Part shown: positions 29,672-38,531 of the stretch, one piece after another
Layout: every line of letters starts with the position of its first letter
Numbering within the stretch: the first letter of the stretch is position 1
Assembly: GCA_965250285.1 (NCBI GenBank)
Contig: OZ252299.1
Location: 2,112,001 to 2,176,000, forward strand
DNA length: 64,000 bases
Origin: Myxococcota bacterium
GTDB lineage: Bacteria > Myxococcota_A > UBA9160 > UBA4427
Reading direction: 5' to 3'
Made by a program: the position numbers and the translations under genes
Notes under the pieces: model-generated
Told to the model about the DNA's origin: nothing
The model's input: only the letters and a program-made list of their open reading frames with translations
The model's database searches: none

Positions 29672-31063
29672 ATGCCCCCGATTCGCACCCTGCTCTGGAT
29701 CGGCCCCGCCGACGAGCTCGCCGCCCTCGGCGTACTCGATGCGCCGACGCTCGACGTCGTCTGGGTCGAGAGCGTCGAGGCCCTGAAGGAAACCCCGCCC
29801 CTCGCCCTCGACGCCATCGTCCTCGGCGACGCCGCGAGACCCGCAGCCGCGGCCCGCACGGCCCTCGAGACGCTCGACCGGGCCGAAGTCGACGCACCCG
29901 TCCTGGCGTTGCGCGCGGCGCCCGGTGGAGGCGAGCGAGCCCGTCTCGCCGCTGCCGGCGCGCCGCGGGTGCTCGACATCGAGGGGAGCGGCGACACCGC
30001 AATGCCGCGGCTGTTGGCGGCGATCGAGTCACTGCTGCAGCACCCCCGGCGACCGCCCGCGCAGAGGGGCGCGCCGTCCCGCGAAGCGGGCCCCGAGCTC
30101 GTGGGATCGAGCCGGGCCATCCAGGCGGTCGAGCAGGCGATCGGCTGCGCCGCCGGCTCGCCGGCCCCGGTGCTCGTACTCGGCGAGACAGGCTCGGGCA
30201 AAGAGATCGTCGCGCGCCGCATCCACGCCCAGAGCCCGCGTCGCGCCGCCGCCTTCGTGGCCGTGAACTGCGCGGCGTTCGCCGACACCCTGCTCGAGAG
30301 CGAGCTCTTCGGCCACCGCCGCGGTGCGTTCACCGGCGCCGACCGCGACCGCGTGGGCCTCTTCGAACGCGCCACCGGCGGCACCGTCTTTCTCGACGAG
30401 ATCGGCGAGACGAGCGCCGCGCTGCAGGCGCGCCTGCTGCGCGTGCTTCAGGAGCGCGAAGTGCTGCCCGTGGGCGGCGACCGACCGCGATCCGTCGACG
30501 TTCGGATCGTTGCGGCCACGCATCGCAACCTGGGCCGCGAGATCGAGGCGCGGCGATTTCGTGAGGATCTCTTCTACCGGCTCGCCGTGCTCACGATCGA
30601 GCTGCCGCCGCTGCGCGCGCGACGCAGCGACGTGGCCCGCCTCGCGGCGCACTTTCTGTCGAAACATGGCGAACGCGACGGACGACCAGGCTGCGCGCTC
30701 TCGCCCCGCGCGCTCTCGCTGCTCGAACGGCACGACTGGCCCGGCAACGTGCGCGAGCTCGAGAACGAGATGCAGCGCGTGCTCGCGCTCGCGGCGCCGG
30801 GCGAGCTCATCACGGCGCGGCGCCTGTCGCCGGCGCTTCGCCGCGATCCGCAGAGCGTCGGTCCAGCCCACGACCAAACCGCTCGACTGGCCGACGGTCT
30901 CGACGACGCCGAGACGCTCACACAGGCCCTCGACCGGATCGAAGCGGGCCTGATCCGCGACGCACTCGACCGAAATGCCGGGCGTCGTGCGCGCACGGCG
31001 CGGCGCCTCGGAATCACGCGCGAGGGCCTCTACAAGAAGATGAAGCGACTGGGCATCGGTTGA
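29672..31063 (+). CDS. Sigma-54-dependent transcriptional activator (AAA+, Fis HTH) with degenerate N-terminal receiver-like domain
   Basis: GETGSGKE, ESELFGH, GAFTGA, FLDEIG, WPGNVREL, C-terminal HTH. Confidence 0.95.
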   Translation: MPPIRTLLWIGPADELAALGVLDAPTLDVVWVESVEALKETPPLALDAIVLGDAARPAAAARTALETLDRAEVDAPVLALRAAPGGGERARLAAAGAPRVLDIEGSGDTAMPRLLAAIESLLQHPRRPPAQRGAPSREAGPELVGSSRAIQAVEQAIGCAAGSPAPVLVLGETGSGKEIVARRIHAQSPRRAAAFVAVNCAAFADTLLESELFGHRRGAFTGADRDRVGLFERATGGTVFLDEIGETSAALQARLLRVLQEREVLPVGGDRPRSVDVRIVAATHRNLGREIEARRFREDLFYRLAVLTIELPPLRARRSDVARLAAHFLSKHGERDGRPGCALSPRALSLLERHDWPGNVRELENEMQRVLALAAPGELITARRLSPALRRDPQSVGPAHDQTARLADGLDDAETLTQALDRIEAGLIRDALDRNAGRRARTARRLGITREGLYKKMKRLGIG

Positions 31064-31172
31064 GAAGCGGCGCGCCCCCCACAGCCGCCTCCGGGTGTAG
31101 AGCCGACCGCGCGCGCTCGATGCTGGCCGGGCCCTGGTAGGCTGTCGTCTCGACGCAACCAACGGGGGCCTC

Positions 31173-32672
31173 ATGCTCGAAGAGTTCGACATCGCCGAGT
31201 TGCAAGTCGGCATCGAACGGGGCGAGCTCTCCTCCGCCTCTCTGTGCGAGACGTTCCTCGACCGGATCGACCGCATCGATCGCGCCGGCCCCTCGCTGTG
31301 TTCGGTCATGGAGGTGAACCCGGACGCGGTGCCGATCGCCGAGCGGCTCGATCGCGAACGCGCCGAGTCGGGCGCCCGTAGCCCGCTGCACGGCGTCCCA
31401 GTCCTGCTCAAGGACAGCCTCGATACCGCAGACGACATGATGACCACCGCCGGCTCGTTGGCCCTCGTGGGCAACATCGCGGCCCGCGACGCTTTCGTCG
31501 CCGAGCGGCTGCGCGCGGCCGGCGCCGTGATCCTCGGCAAGACCAACATGAGTGAGTGGGGCTATATGCGCTCGACGCGAGCCTGCAGCGGGTGGAGCAG
31601 TCGAGGCGGGCAGGTCCGCAACCCGCACGGACTCGATCGCAGCCCCTCGGGCTCGAGCTCCGGTTCGGCCGTGGCCGTCGCGGCCGGGCTGTGTACCGTC
31701 GCGATCGGCGCGGAGGTCGATGGCTCGATCGTTCGACCGGCGTCGATCAATGGCGTCGTGGGATTGAAGCCCACCGTCGGGCTCGTGAGTCGATCGGGGA
31801 TGATCGGTGTCGCTGCGACACAGGACACGGCCGGGCCGATCGGCCGGTCGGTGCGCGACGTCGCCTGCGTGCTGAACGCGATCGCGGGCCTCGACCCCCG
31901 TGATGCCGCCACTCATGCAGCACCCACCCGGCCAACCGACTATCGCGGTGCGCTGCGCGTCGATGCACTGCACGGTGCGCGGATCGGGGTCGCGCGCGAC
32001 CTGATGGGGACGCACTCGGGCGTCGACGCCGTCATCGACGATGCGATCCGAGTGCTCGCCGATCTCGGTGCAGAGATCGTCGACCCCGCCCTCGGGTCTG
32101 CGGTGCCGCTCTTCGGTGAGGCCGAGCTCGAGCTCTGCCTGTACGAAATGAAGGCCGGGCTGAACCGGTATCTGTCAGAGCACCCGCTCAGCCCGGTACG
32201 CTCCCTCGACGCGCTGATCGACTTCAATCGGTCGCACGCCGAGCGGGTCATGCCCTTCTTCCAGCAGGAGCTGCTCGAGCGGGCCGTTTCCAAGGGCGGG
32301 CTCGACGAACCGGCCTACCTCGATGCAAAGCGGGAATGTCATCGCCTGGCGCGCACCGACGGCATCGACCGCGTGCTGCGCGACCACCGCCTCGACGCCA
32401 TCGTGGCGCCCACCGACGGCATGCCGGCCTGGAAGATCGACCCGCTCTGCGGCGACCGCATCGAAGGGGGCTGCTCTTCGCCCGCGGCCATGGCCGGCTA
32501 TCCGCACATCAGCGTCCCGGCCGGTCAGTTCCACGGGCTCCCCGTCGCGCTCTCCTTCTTTGCCGACGCCTACCAGGAGGCGAAGCTCCTGGGCTACGCC
32601 CACGCGTTCGAACAAGCGACGCGCGCGCGCCGATCGCCCACCTTCCGTCCCTCGATCGATTCGCCCGCGTGA
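31173..32672 (+). CDS. Amidase signature family protein
   Basis: LHGVPVLLKD, GKTN, SGSSSGS, GSIVRPAS. Confidence 0.95.
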   Translation: MLEEFDIAELQVGIERGELSSASLCETFLDRIDRIDRAGPSLCSVMEVNPDAVPIAERLDRERAESGARSPLHGVPVLLKDSLDTADDMMTTAGSLALVGNIAARDAFVAERLRAAGAVILGKTNMSEWGYMRSTRACSGWSSRGGQVRNPHGLDRSPSGSSSGSAVAVAAGLCTVAIGAEVDGSIVRPASINGVVGLKPTVGLVSRSGMIGVAATQDTAGPIGRSVRDVACVLNAIAGLDPRDAATHAAPTRPTDYRGALRVDALHGARIGVARDLMGTHSGVDAVIDDAIRVLADLGAEIVDPALGSAVPLFGEAELELCLYEMKAGLNRYLSEHPLSPVRSLDALIDFNRSHAERVMPFFQQELLERAVSKGGLDEPAYLDAKRECHRLARTDGIDRVLRDHRLDAIVAPTDGMPAWKIDPLCGDRIEGGCSSPAAMAGYPHISVPAGQFHGLPVALSFFADAYQEAKLLGYAHAFEQATRARRSPTFRPSIDSPA

Positions 32673-32784
32673 ACGCCCGTTCCGGACAACTTGGCGCCGT
32701 GCCGCTCGAGTCGAGCACCACGCAGGCGGCCGATGTAGCCTCGGCCGTGCGCGAGCCCGTGCCACAGTCACGCTGGAGGAGCCG

Positions 32785-33627
32785 ATGCAGACCCGCCCCC
32801 TCGATGGTGCCTTCGGCGTCGAAGTCACCGATCTCGATCTCGCCCAGTCGATCGACGCGCCGACGGCCGATGCGCTGCGCGCCGCGCTGCTCGACCACCG
32901 GCTGCTCGTCTTTCGCGATCAGAAGCTCTCGCCCGAACACCTGCGCGATCTCGGCCAGCTCTTTGGCCGCCTAGACGTGCACCCCTTCATCGAGGCCATG
33001 GAAGGCGTGCCCGAGGTCATTCCGATCGTGAAGGAGGCGGACGAGAAGCAGAACTTCGGCGGCGCGTGGCATTCCGAGGTCAGCTTCTACGAAGCGCCCG
33101 CCATGGGCACCCTCCTCTACGCGGTCGAGACGCCCGACGAAGGCGGCGACACGCTGCTCGCCGACGCGGTGCTCGCCTACGACGCGCTGCCCGACGAAGT
33201 GAAGGCCGAGATCGACGGGCTCCAGGCCGAGCACAGTGCCGAGCACGTGTACGGCCCGGGCGGGGCCTACGAGAAGCGCGCGACGGGCGCAGCTTCGGGG
33301 ACGAAGACCCAGAACATGGAGGCTGCGACCGGGCGCACCGCGCATCCGGTCGTGCGCACCCACCCCGAGACGGGCGAGAAGATTCTCTACGTGAACCTCG
33401 CGTTCACCGTCGGGCTGGTCGGTCGCAGCGATGATGAGGCGCGGCCGCTCCTCAACAAGCTGATCCAGCACGTCGTGAACGACGCCTTCGTCACCCGGCT
33501 CAAGTGGGCACCGGGCACGCTCGCGCTCTGGGACAATCGCTCGACCCAGCACTTCGCGCTGAACGATTACCGCGGCGACCGAAGAGAGATGTGGCGGGTG
33601 GTCGTCGAGGGCGATCGGCCGATCTGA
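32785..33627 (+). CDS. TauD/TfdA-family 2-oxoglutarate/Fe(II) dioxygenase
   Basis: WHSE (HxE), GGDT, HPVVRTHPETG, WDNRSTQH, final R; GGAGGA RBS. Confidence 0.92.
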   Translation: MQTRPLDGAFGVEVTDLDLAQSIDAPTADALRAALLDHRLLVFRDQKLSPEHLRDLGQLFGRLDVHPFIEAMEGVPEVIPIVKEADEKQNFGGAWHSEVSFYEAPAMGTLLYAVETPDEGGDTLLADAVLAYDALPDEVKAEIDGLQAEHSAEHVYGPGGAYEKRATGAASGTKTQNMEAATGRTAHPVVRTHPETGEKILYVNLAFTVGLVGRSDDEARPLLNKLIQHVVNDAFVTRLKWAPGTLALWDNRSTQHFALNDYRGDRREMWRVVVEGDRPI

Positions 33628-33657
33628 AGCCGGCACGCGCGGCCCCGCCCGGGTGGT

Positions 33658-34464
33658 CTAGCGACCGCTGAACTTCGGCGAGCGCTTCTCCATGATCGCC
33701 TTCACGGCCTCGACGCCGTCTTCGCTGCGCAGCCCGCGCACCGCGTAGCTGAGCTCGTCGCGCAGATGCGACTCGATGTCGCGCGGGAGCCCGACCCGGG
33801 TGACCAGCCGTTTCGTCTGGCGCGCCGCGATCGGCGCGACGGCGGCCATGCGCTCGCAGTACTCGATGAAGTGCCCCTCGAAGGCCTCGGCCGGGACGAC
33901 CTCGCCCACCAGCCCGATCTCGTGCGCCGCATCCGCCGACAGGAACGCCTGCTCGAGCAGAAATCGCATCGCACGCTCGTGCCCCACGGCCTGGGGCAGC
34001 GTCCACGCGAGCCCTCCGTCGGGCGAGGTGCCCGCCCGGGCGTAGCCCGGATGAAAGCGCGCGCTCGAACTCGCGATCCGCATGTCGGCGCACATCGCGA
34101 GCGACAGCCCGGCGCCGATCGCGATGCCGTTCACGCCGGCGATGACCGGTTTGTCGCAGCCGATCCGAATCGTCATCGGGAACCGCCCGATCCAGCTGAG
34201 GTCGTCGACCGCTTCCTCGGCCGGCGAGAGCTCGGGCGCTTCGTCCCCGCCGATCGCGAGATCGACACCCGAGCAGAAAGCGTCGCCCGCGCCGGTGATG
34301 CCGATCGCGCGCACCGCGTCGTCGTGGGCGGCGCGCTCGAAGGCGCGCACGAGGCCCCAGCCCAGCTCGTTCGAGAGCGCGTTCTTCTTCTGGGGCCGGT
34401 TCAGCCGCAAGAGCCGAACGTCACCGCGCTGCTCCTCGACCAGGACGGGCACTGCATCCGACAT
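33658..34464 (-). CDS. Enoyl-CoA hydratase/isomerase (crotonase) family
   Basis: LNRPQKKNAL, AFCSGVD, KPVIAGVNG.AIGAG, PDGG. Confidence 0.92.
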   Translation of the reverse strand: MSDAVPVLVEEQRGDVRLLRLNRPQKKNALSNELGWGLVRAFERAAHDDAVRAIGITGAGDAFCSGVDLAIGGDEAPELSPAEEAVDDLSWIGRFPMTIRIGCDKPVIAGVNGIAIGAGLSLAMCADMRIASSSARFHPGYARAGTSPDGGLAWTLPQAVGHERAMRFLLEQAFLSADAAHEIGLVGEVVPAEAFEGHFIEYCERMAAVAPIAARQTKRLVTRVGLPRDIESHLRDELSYAVRGLRSEDGVEAVKAIMEKRSPKFSGR

Positions 34465-34490
34465 GACGCGCACCTCCACCGATGGCTCGG

Positions 34491-34862
34491 TCAGCCGTTC
34501 ACCTGGCTCATCAGCATGCCAACGTCGAAGTAGTCGCGCCAAGCCGTGATCTTGCCCGCGTCGTTGACCTCGAACGTCCCCATCACCGGCAGCTCGGCGA
34601 GCTTGCCCTGCATGGTGACGCGATCGACGCGCTCGGTCATGACGACCGAACCGTTCACGGCGATGTGCAGCAGCTCGAAGCTGCCTTCGCTGTCGTCCGA
34701 GATGAACATGTTGAGCGTGGCAGCGATGGCGTCTCGCCCCACGGCCGGGTCGAACGGAATGTTGTGGTAGACCGCGTCGTCCGCAAAGAATCCGAGCAGC
34801 TCCTCGGCATCCTGTCGGGCGAACGCGGCACAGAAGTCGCGCACGATGGTTTCGGGATCCAT
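34491..34862 (-). CDS. Limonene-1,2-epoxide hydrolase family (NTF2/SnoaL fold)
   Basis: VYHN, TERVD, LPVMGTFE, AWRDYFD. Confidence 0.9.
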   Translation of the reverse strand: MDPETIVRDFCAAFARQDAEELLGFFADDAVYHNIPFDPAVGRDAIAATLNMFISDDSEGSFELLHIAVNGSVVMTERVDRVTMQGKLAELPVMGTFEVNDAGKITAWRDYFDVGMLMSQVNG

Positions 34863-35023
34863 GCCGCGACGCTAGCGCGCCGGGCGGCGCTCTCACGGCT
34901 GAGGGCCACGCCGTGTGCGCGCCCCCGCATGCGCCCCCTCGCCATTCCGCATGCGCTATCCCCTGGGATTCTGGTTCCCTTGCCCCGCCTCTTTCGCCTG
35001 CGCCTCACCGGAGAGGGATCGCC

Positions 35024-36013
35024 GTGCCCCTGCGCACCCACGCCGACTGCCTGTCGGGGCTTCGTCTGTGCCTGGCCGTGGCCGGCCTGCTGGTGTTCTG
35101 GCCAGGCGGCGCGCTCGCCCGCCCCCAGACGCCTGCGCCGACACCCGACGGCGAGCCGCCGACCGAGGCGCTGATCGGCGAGATCCCGTTCCACGCGTCG
35201 ACCCCGCTCAGCCGGGTGCTGCTCGATCTCGCACCGGAGGGGCGCAAACCCTTCCTGCTCATGTTGGACACCGGAGCCAGTACCAGCATCATCACGCCAC
35301 GGATGGCGCGCAACCTGGGCGTCAACGTGCGCCCGCACAAGAGCTCACCCTACCGACAGAGGACCCGGCTCGGTCGCGACCTGCTCTTTTGGGTCGACAC
35401 GCGTGCCAGTGACACCGGCGTGCAGGGGGGGAGCTTCGAGTTCGGGGTGCTCGGCAGCGACTTCCTCGACGACTACGTCCTCGAGATCGACTATCCGCGC
35501 CGGGTCGTGCGCTTCTGGGACGCGAAGGCCTATTCCATCCCCGAAACGCATCCTTCGCCCGACGTGCACGTCCTGCCATTCAAGCGCAGCGGCACGCGCA
35601 TCGTCGTTCCGGTCGAGCTCGATGGCCACGACTTCCACGCACTCTTCGATACCGGTGCGCCGTTCGTGCTGGTCTCCAAGAAGAACGCCAAGGCGGCGGG
35701 CGTCTCGAAGGAGGCCCTGCTGGAGACGGTGCCCATCGGCTACGTCCTCGGCGACGCCCAGAGCCGCGTGTACGAGCCTGAATCGCTGCGATTGGGCGGC
35801 GTCGAGGTGCCTCCAACGCCGATCCTGATCGAGTCCAAGTCGCCCATGAACGTCCCAGGCGGTGCCATCGTCGGCTATGACGCCTTCGGCCCGTTCAAGG
35901 TTCGCATCGACTACAAGCGCAAGCGCATCTCGCTCTCGAAGCCGGCGGATCCCCCGACGTTCATCAATGCGCTCGACACCTATCGGCGCGACCTTCGAGA
36001 GGCCGGGCAGTAG
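35024..36013 (+). CDS. Secreted two-domain retropepsin-like aspartyl protease
   Basis: Signal peptide; LDTGAS and FDTGAP catalytic motifs; GVLGSDFL, IVGYDAF. Confidence 0.85.
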   Translation: MPLRTHADCLSGLRLCLAVAGLLVFWPGGALARPQTPAPTPDGEPPTEALIGEIPFHASTPLSRVLLDLAPEGRKPFLLMLDTGASTSIITPRMARNLGVNVRPHKSSPYRQRTRLGRDLLFWVDTRASDTGVQGGSFEFGVLGSDFLDDYVLEIDYPRRVVRFWDAKAYSIPETHPSPDVHVLPFKRSGTRIVVPVELDGHDFHALFDTGAPFVLVSKKNAKAAGVSKEALLETVPIGYVLGDAQSRVYEPESLRLGGVEVPPTPILIESKSPMNVPGGAIVGYDAFGPFKVRIDYKRKRISLSKPADPPTFINALDTYRRDLREAGQ

Positions 36014-36037
36014 AGGTCGCGCTCGCCCCGGGCACCC

Positions 36038-36535
36038 TCACCCGCCCTGGGTCACGCCGACCTTCGAAACCATGAACTGCACCGCTGCGCGCACCTCGTC
36101 GTCGCTCAGGTCGGCGTTGCCGCCGCGGGCGGGCATCTCGCCCACCTTGCCGTAGAAGCCCTGGGTCGCGTGCTCGACGAGCACGTCGAGGCCCTGAGCC
36201 ACGCGCGGCGACCAGAGCGCTTCGTTGCCGATCAGCGGCGCGCCGCCGAGACCGGTCGAGTGACAGTCGATGCACGTACCCGTCCACGTGACGCGGCCCG
36301 CTTCGAGAAGCGGATCGTCGACCGGCGTCTCCCAGAGCCCGGGATCGGGCAGCGCCGGCTTCGCCTTGGCGGCGGGCTGACTCAACACCGTGAAGCCGTC
36401 GCTCGGCGGCGGCTCTTCGGCGCCGGAGCAACCGAGCAAGACGACGCAGAGTGCCGCGGCCGCGACCAGGCGCGCGCGCAGACCCTCTGCGCGCGCGCCT
36501 CCCTTGGCCTGCTTCCTCCTCGCGGTGGGTCTCAC
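36038..36535 (-). CDS. Cytochrome c5-like monoheme lipoprotein
   Basis: LLG-C lipobox; CIDCH; GAP..G...W..R; MPARGG..LSDDEV..AV. Confidence 0.88.
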   Translation of the reverse strand: MRPTARRKQAKGGARAEGLRARLVAAAALCVVLLGCSGAEEPPPSDGFTVLSQPAAKAKPALPDPGLWETPVDDPLLEAGRVTWTGTCIDCHSTGLGGAPLIGNEALWSPRVAQGLDVLVEHATQGFYGKVGEMPARGGNADLSDDEVRAAVQFMVSKVGVTQGG

Positions 36536-37119
36536 GAGCCGACGGGGATCCGGATCACCACGCCGCCCATCACGTCGCCCAGGGCGAAGTCGTCGCGGGG
36601 GGTGTCCTTGTGCTCGTTGTGGCAGCTGACGCACGCGGGGGCGACAGCCGTGTCGGCGTAGACCGCGGTGAAGTACTTCTGCCCGCCGAGGGTTTCCTCG
36701 GCGTAGAAGTTCTGACCCTTGTTGTCCGCGACGTACACGAGCCCCGCCTTCTCGACGTCTGTGCGCGGTGCGTTCTGCTTGTTGATGGGCCAGATCGAAA
36801 GCAGCGAATACGAGAAACCGGGCTCCTTCTCGGCCACCATCTCGGCGCCCATCCGGAACATCTGGGCGGGCAACGGCAGCGCAGGCTCCTCCTTCCAGTG
36901 CTCACTCGCCTTGATCACACCCTGCTCCTTCGCGAGCCGGTTGACGACGTTGCGCGTGTAGACCGTGCGGTCCGATTCCATCACAGCGTGCAAGGCGTCG
37001 GCCATCTGTTGCGGCTCGACGCCTCCTCCGCCGCTGCTCGCGTTGGACGGTTGACACCCGACACCCGTCAGGCCGATGCACAACGCCAGGCCCAACGCAC
37101 CGATCGTGCCGAACTTCAT
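36532..37119 (-). CDS. DUF3365/Tll0287-like heme c-binding lipoprotein
   Basis: GVG-C lipobox; LPLPAQMFR; PINKQNAP; CVSCH; GDVMGGVVI. Confidence 0.85.
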   Translation of the reverse strand: MKFGTIGALGLALCIGLTGVGCQPSNASSGGGGVEPQQMADALHAVMESDRTVYTRNVVNRLAKEQGVIKASEHWKEEPALPLPAQMFRMGAEMVAEKEPGFSYSLLSIWPINKQNAPRTDVEKAGLVYVADNKGQNFYAEETLGGQKYFTAVYADTAVAPACVSCHNEHKDTPRDDFALGDVMGGVVIRIPVGS

Positions 37120-38516
37120 CACTTGCTCTCCTCTTGCCTTCCTTTGGTTTGGTTTTCCTGCCAGGGCGGGGGCTTCCCTTCGAGCTCCCAACGGAGCACG
37201 GTCGCGAAATGGATGCTGTCGACGGTGACCGAAGGCGGACCGTCGTAGTTCGTCGCGGCGAGTTCGGGGTCGGCCAGCGCATCGAGGGCGAAGCCGAGCC
37301 CGTGACAGTCGAGGCAGACCGGGCGAATCATCTTGTCGCCGGGCCGCAGCGTGTCGTTCTGGTTGTGGGCGACGCGGATGCCGCCTTCGTGATCGATGCG
37401 CGGCAGGTGGCAGGTCGCGCACGAGACCCCCGTGCCGGGCGCGCCGGCGCCGCTCTGCTCGGCCACCCAGAGTGCACCGTGCGAAGACGCCTCCCAGGCA
37501 CGACTGTGTTCGTCGGCGTGGCATTCGAGGCACGCCTCGGCCGCGGCCGTGCGCGTGTCGTAGCCATGGGCGCCGTGACACGACTGACAGCCGAGCTCGG
37601 CCTCGGCCGCATCGGCATGCATCGGGAGCCGTGCCTGCCCCGGCGTCATGGCCGGCAGGTCGGCGGCGAGCCGCATTCCGTGGCGGCCCGCGCCAAAACC
37701 GTCGTGCTCGAACTGGTGGCACTCGGCGCAGGCTGCGGGCGCGGGTTGATCCGCCCAGGCCGCGCCGGCCGGCGCATGACAGGCGTTGCAGTTGACGCCG
37801 GCCTCGGCGTGCGAGGTGCCCAGCCAGTCGGCGACGGCGTCGTCGCGCCCATCGAGATCGGGCGGGGCGTCTGCGTCGACGGCGAGCAGCGGCCGGGGGC
37901 CGGCATGGCCCTGCGCACGCGCCCACGCGAGCAGCCCGCGTTCCGGCGTTCTCGGATCGACCGCGAGCCTTGGCTCGTCGCGGTGGTCGACCAGGAAGTC
38001 TTCGTAGAGCGCGCGGTTGTCATGAAAGTTGTGACATCCCGAGGCCGCGCAGCCGTCGAAGGGCAGGCCCGCGTGAGTCGGCCGCTCTTCACCGACGTCT
38101 TCGTGGCAGCGGTAGCAGTAGTCACCCGGCAGGCTGAGTCCCATCGTCGAGGTCAACTCGGGGCGATGTTCCTGGTGACACGTCACACACCAACGCGCGT
38201 CGAGGGATTCGACCCGGTCGGCGTTGCGCGGATCGGTGAACTTGCGCTGCGGATGCGAATCGTCGACGAGCTTCAGCTCAGCGCCGTGACATTCGACGCA
38301 GGCGTCCTGCATCGTGGTCAGATCACCGAACGAATCGGTGTGGCACGCGTCGCAGGCGAGCTCGATCTGGTAGTGCCCATCGGTCGTCTCTCCGGGCAGG
38401 AAGACCGTGCGTTCGATGGGAGCGCCTTCGAGAATCTGCGGCTCGAACATCAGCATTGCGAGTGCCCCGGCGGCGACGGCCGATCCGATGGACCAGATCC
38501 AAAGCTTCCCCGCCAC
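37119..38516 (-). CDS. Multiheme cytochrome c, 11 heme-binding motifs
   Basis: 10 CxxCH plus one CxxxxCH (CAASGCH); N-terminal hydrophobic anchor/signal. Confidence 0.92.
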   Translation of the reverse strand: MAGKLWIWSIGSAVAAGALAMLMFEPQILEGAPIERTVFLPGETTDGHYQIELACDACHTDSFGDLTTMQDACVECHGAELKLVDDSHPQRKFTDPRNADRVESLDARWCVTCHQEHRPELTSTMGLSLPGDYCYRCHEDVGEERPTHAGLPFDGCAASGCHNFHDNRALYEDFLVDHRDEPRLAVDPRTPERGLLAWARAQGHAGPRPLLAVDADAPPDLDGRDDAVADWLGTSHAEAGVNCNACHAPAGAAWADQPAPAACAECHQFEHDGFGAGRHGMRLAADLPAMTPGQARLPMHADAAEAELGCQSCHGAHGYDTRTAAAEACLECHADEHSRAWEASSHGALWVAEQSGAGAPGTGVSCATCHLPRIDHEGGIRVAHNQNDTLRPGDKMIRPVCLDCHGLGFALDALADPELAATNYDGPPSVTVDSIHFATVLRWELEGKPPPWQENQTKGRQEESK

Positions 38517-38531
38517 GCGGCTTCGCTCTCC

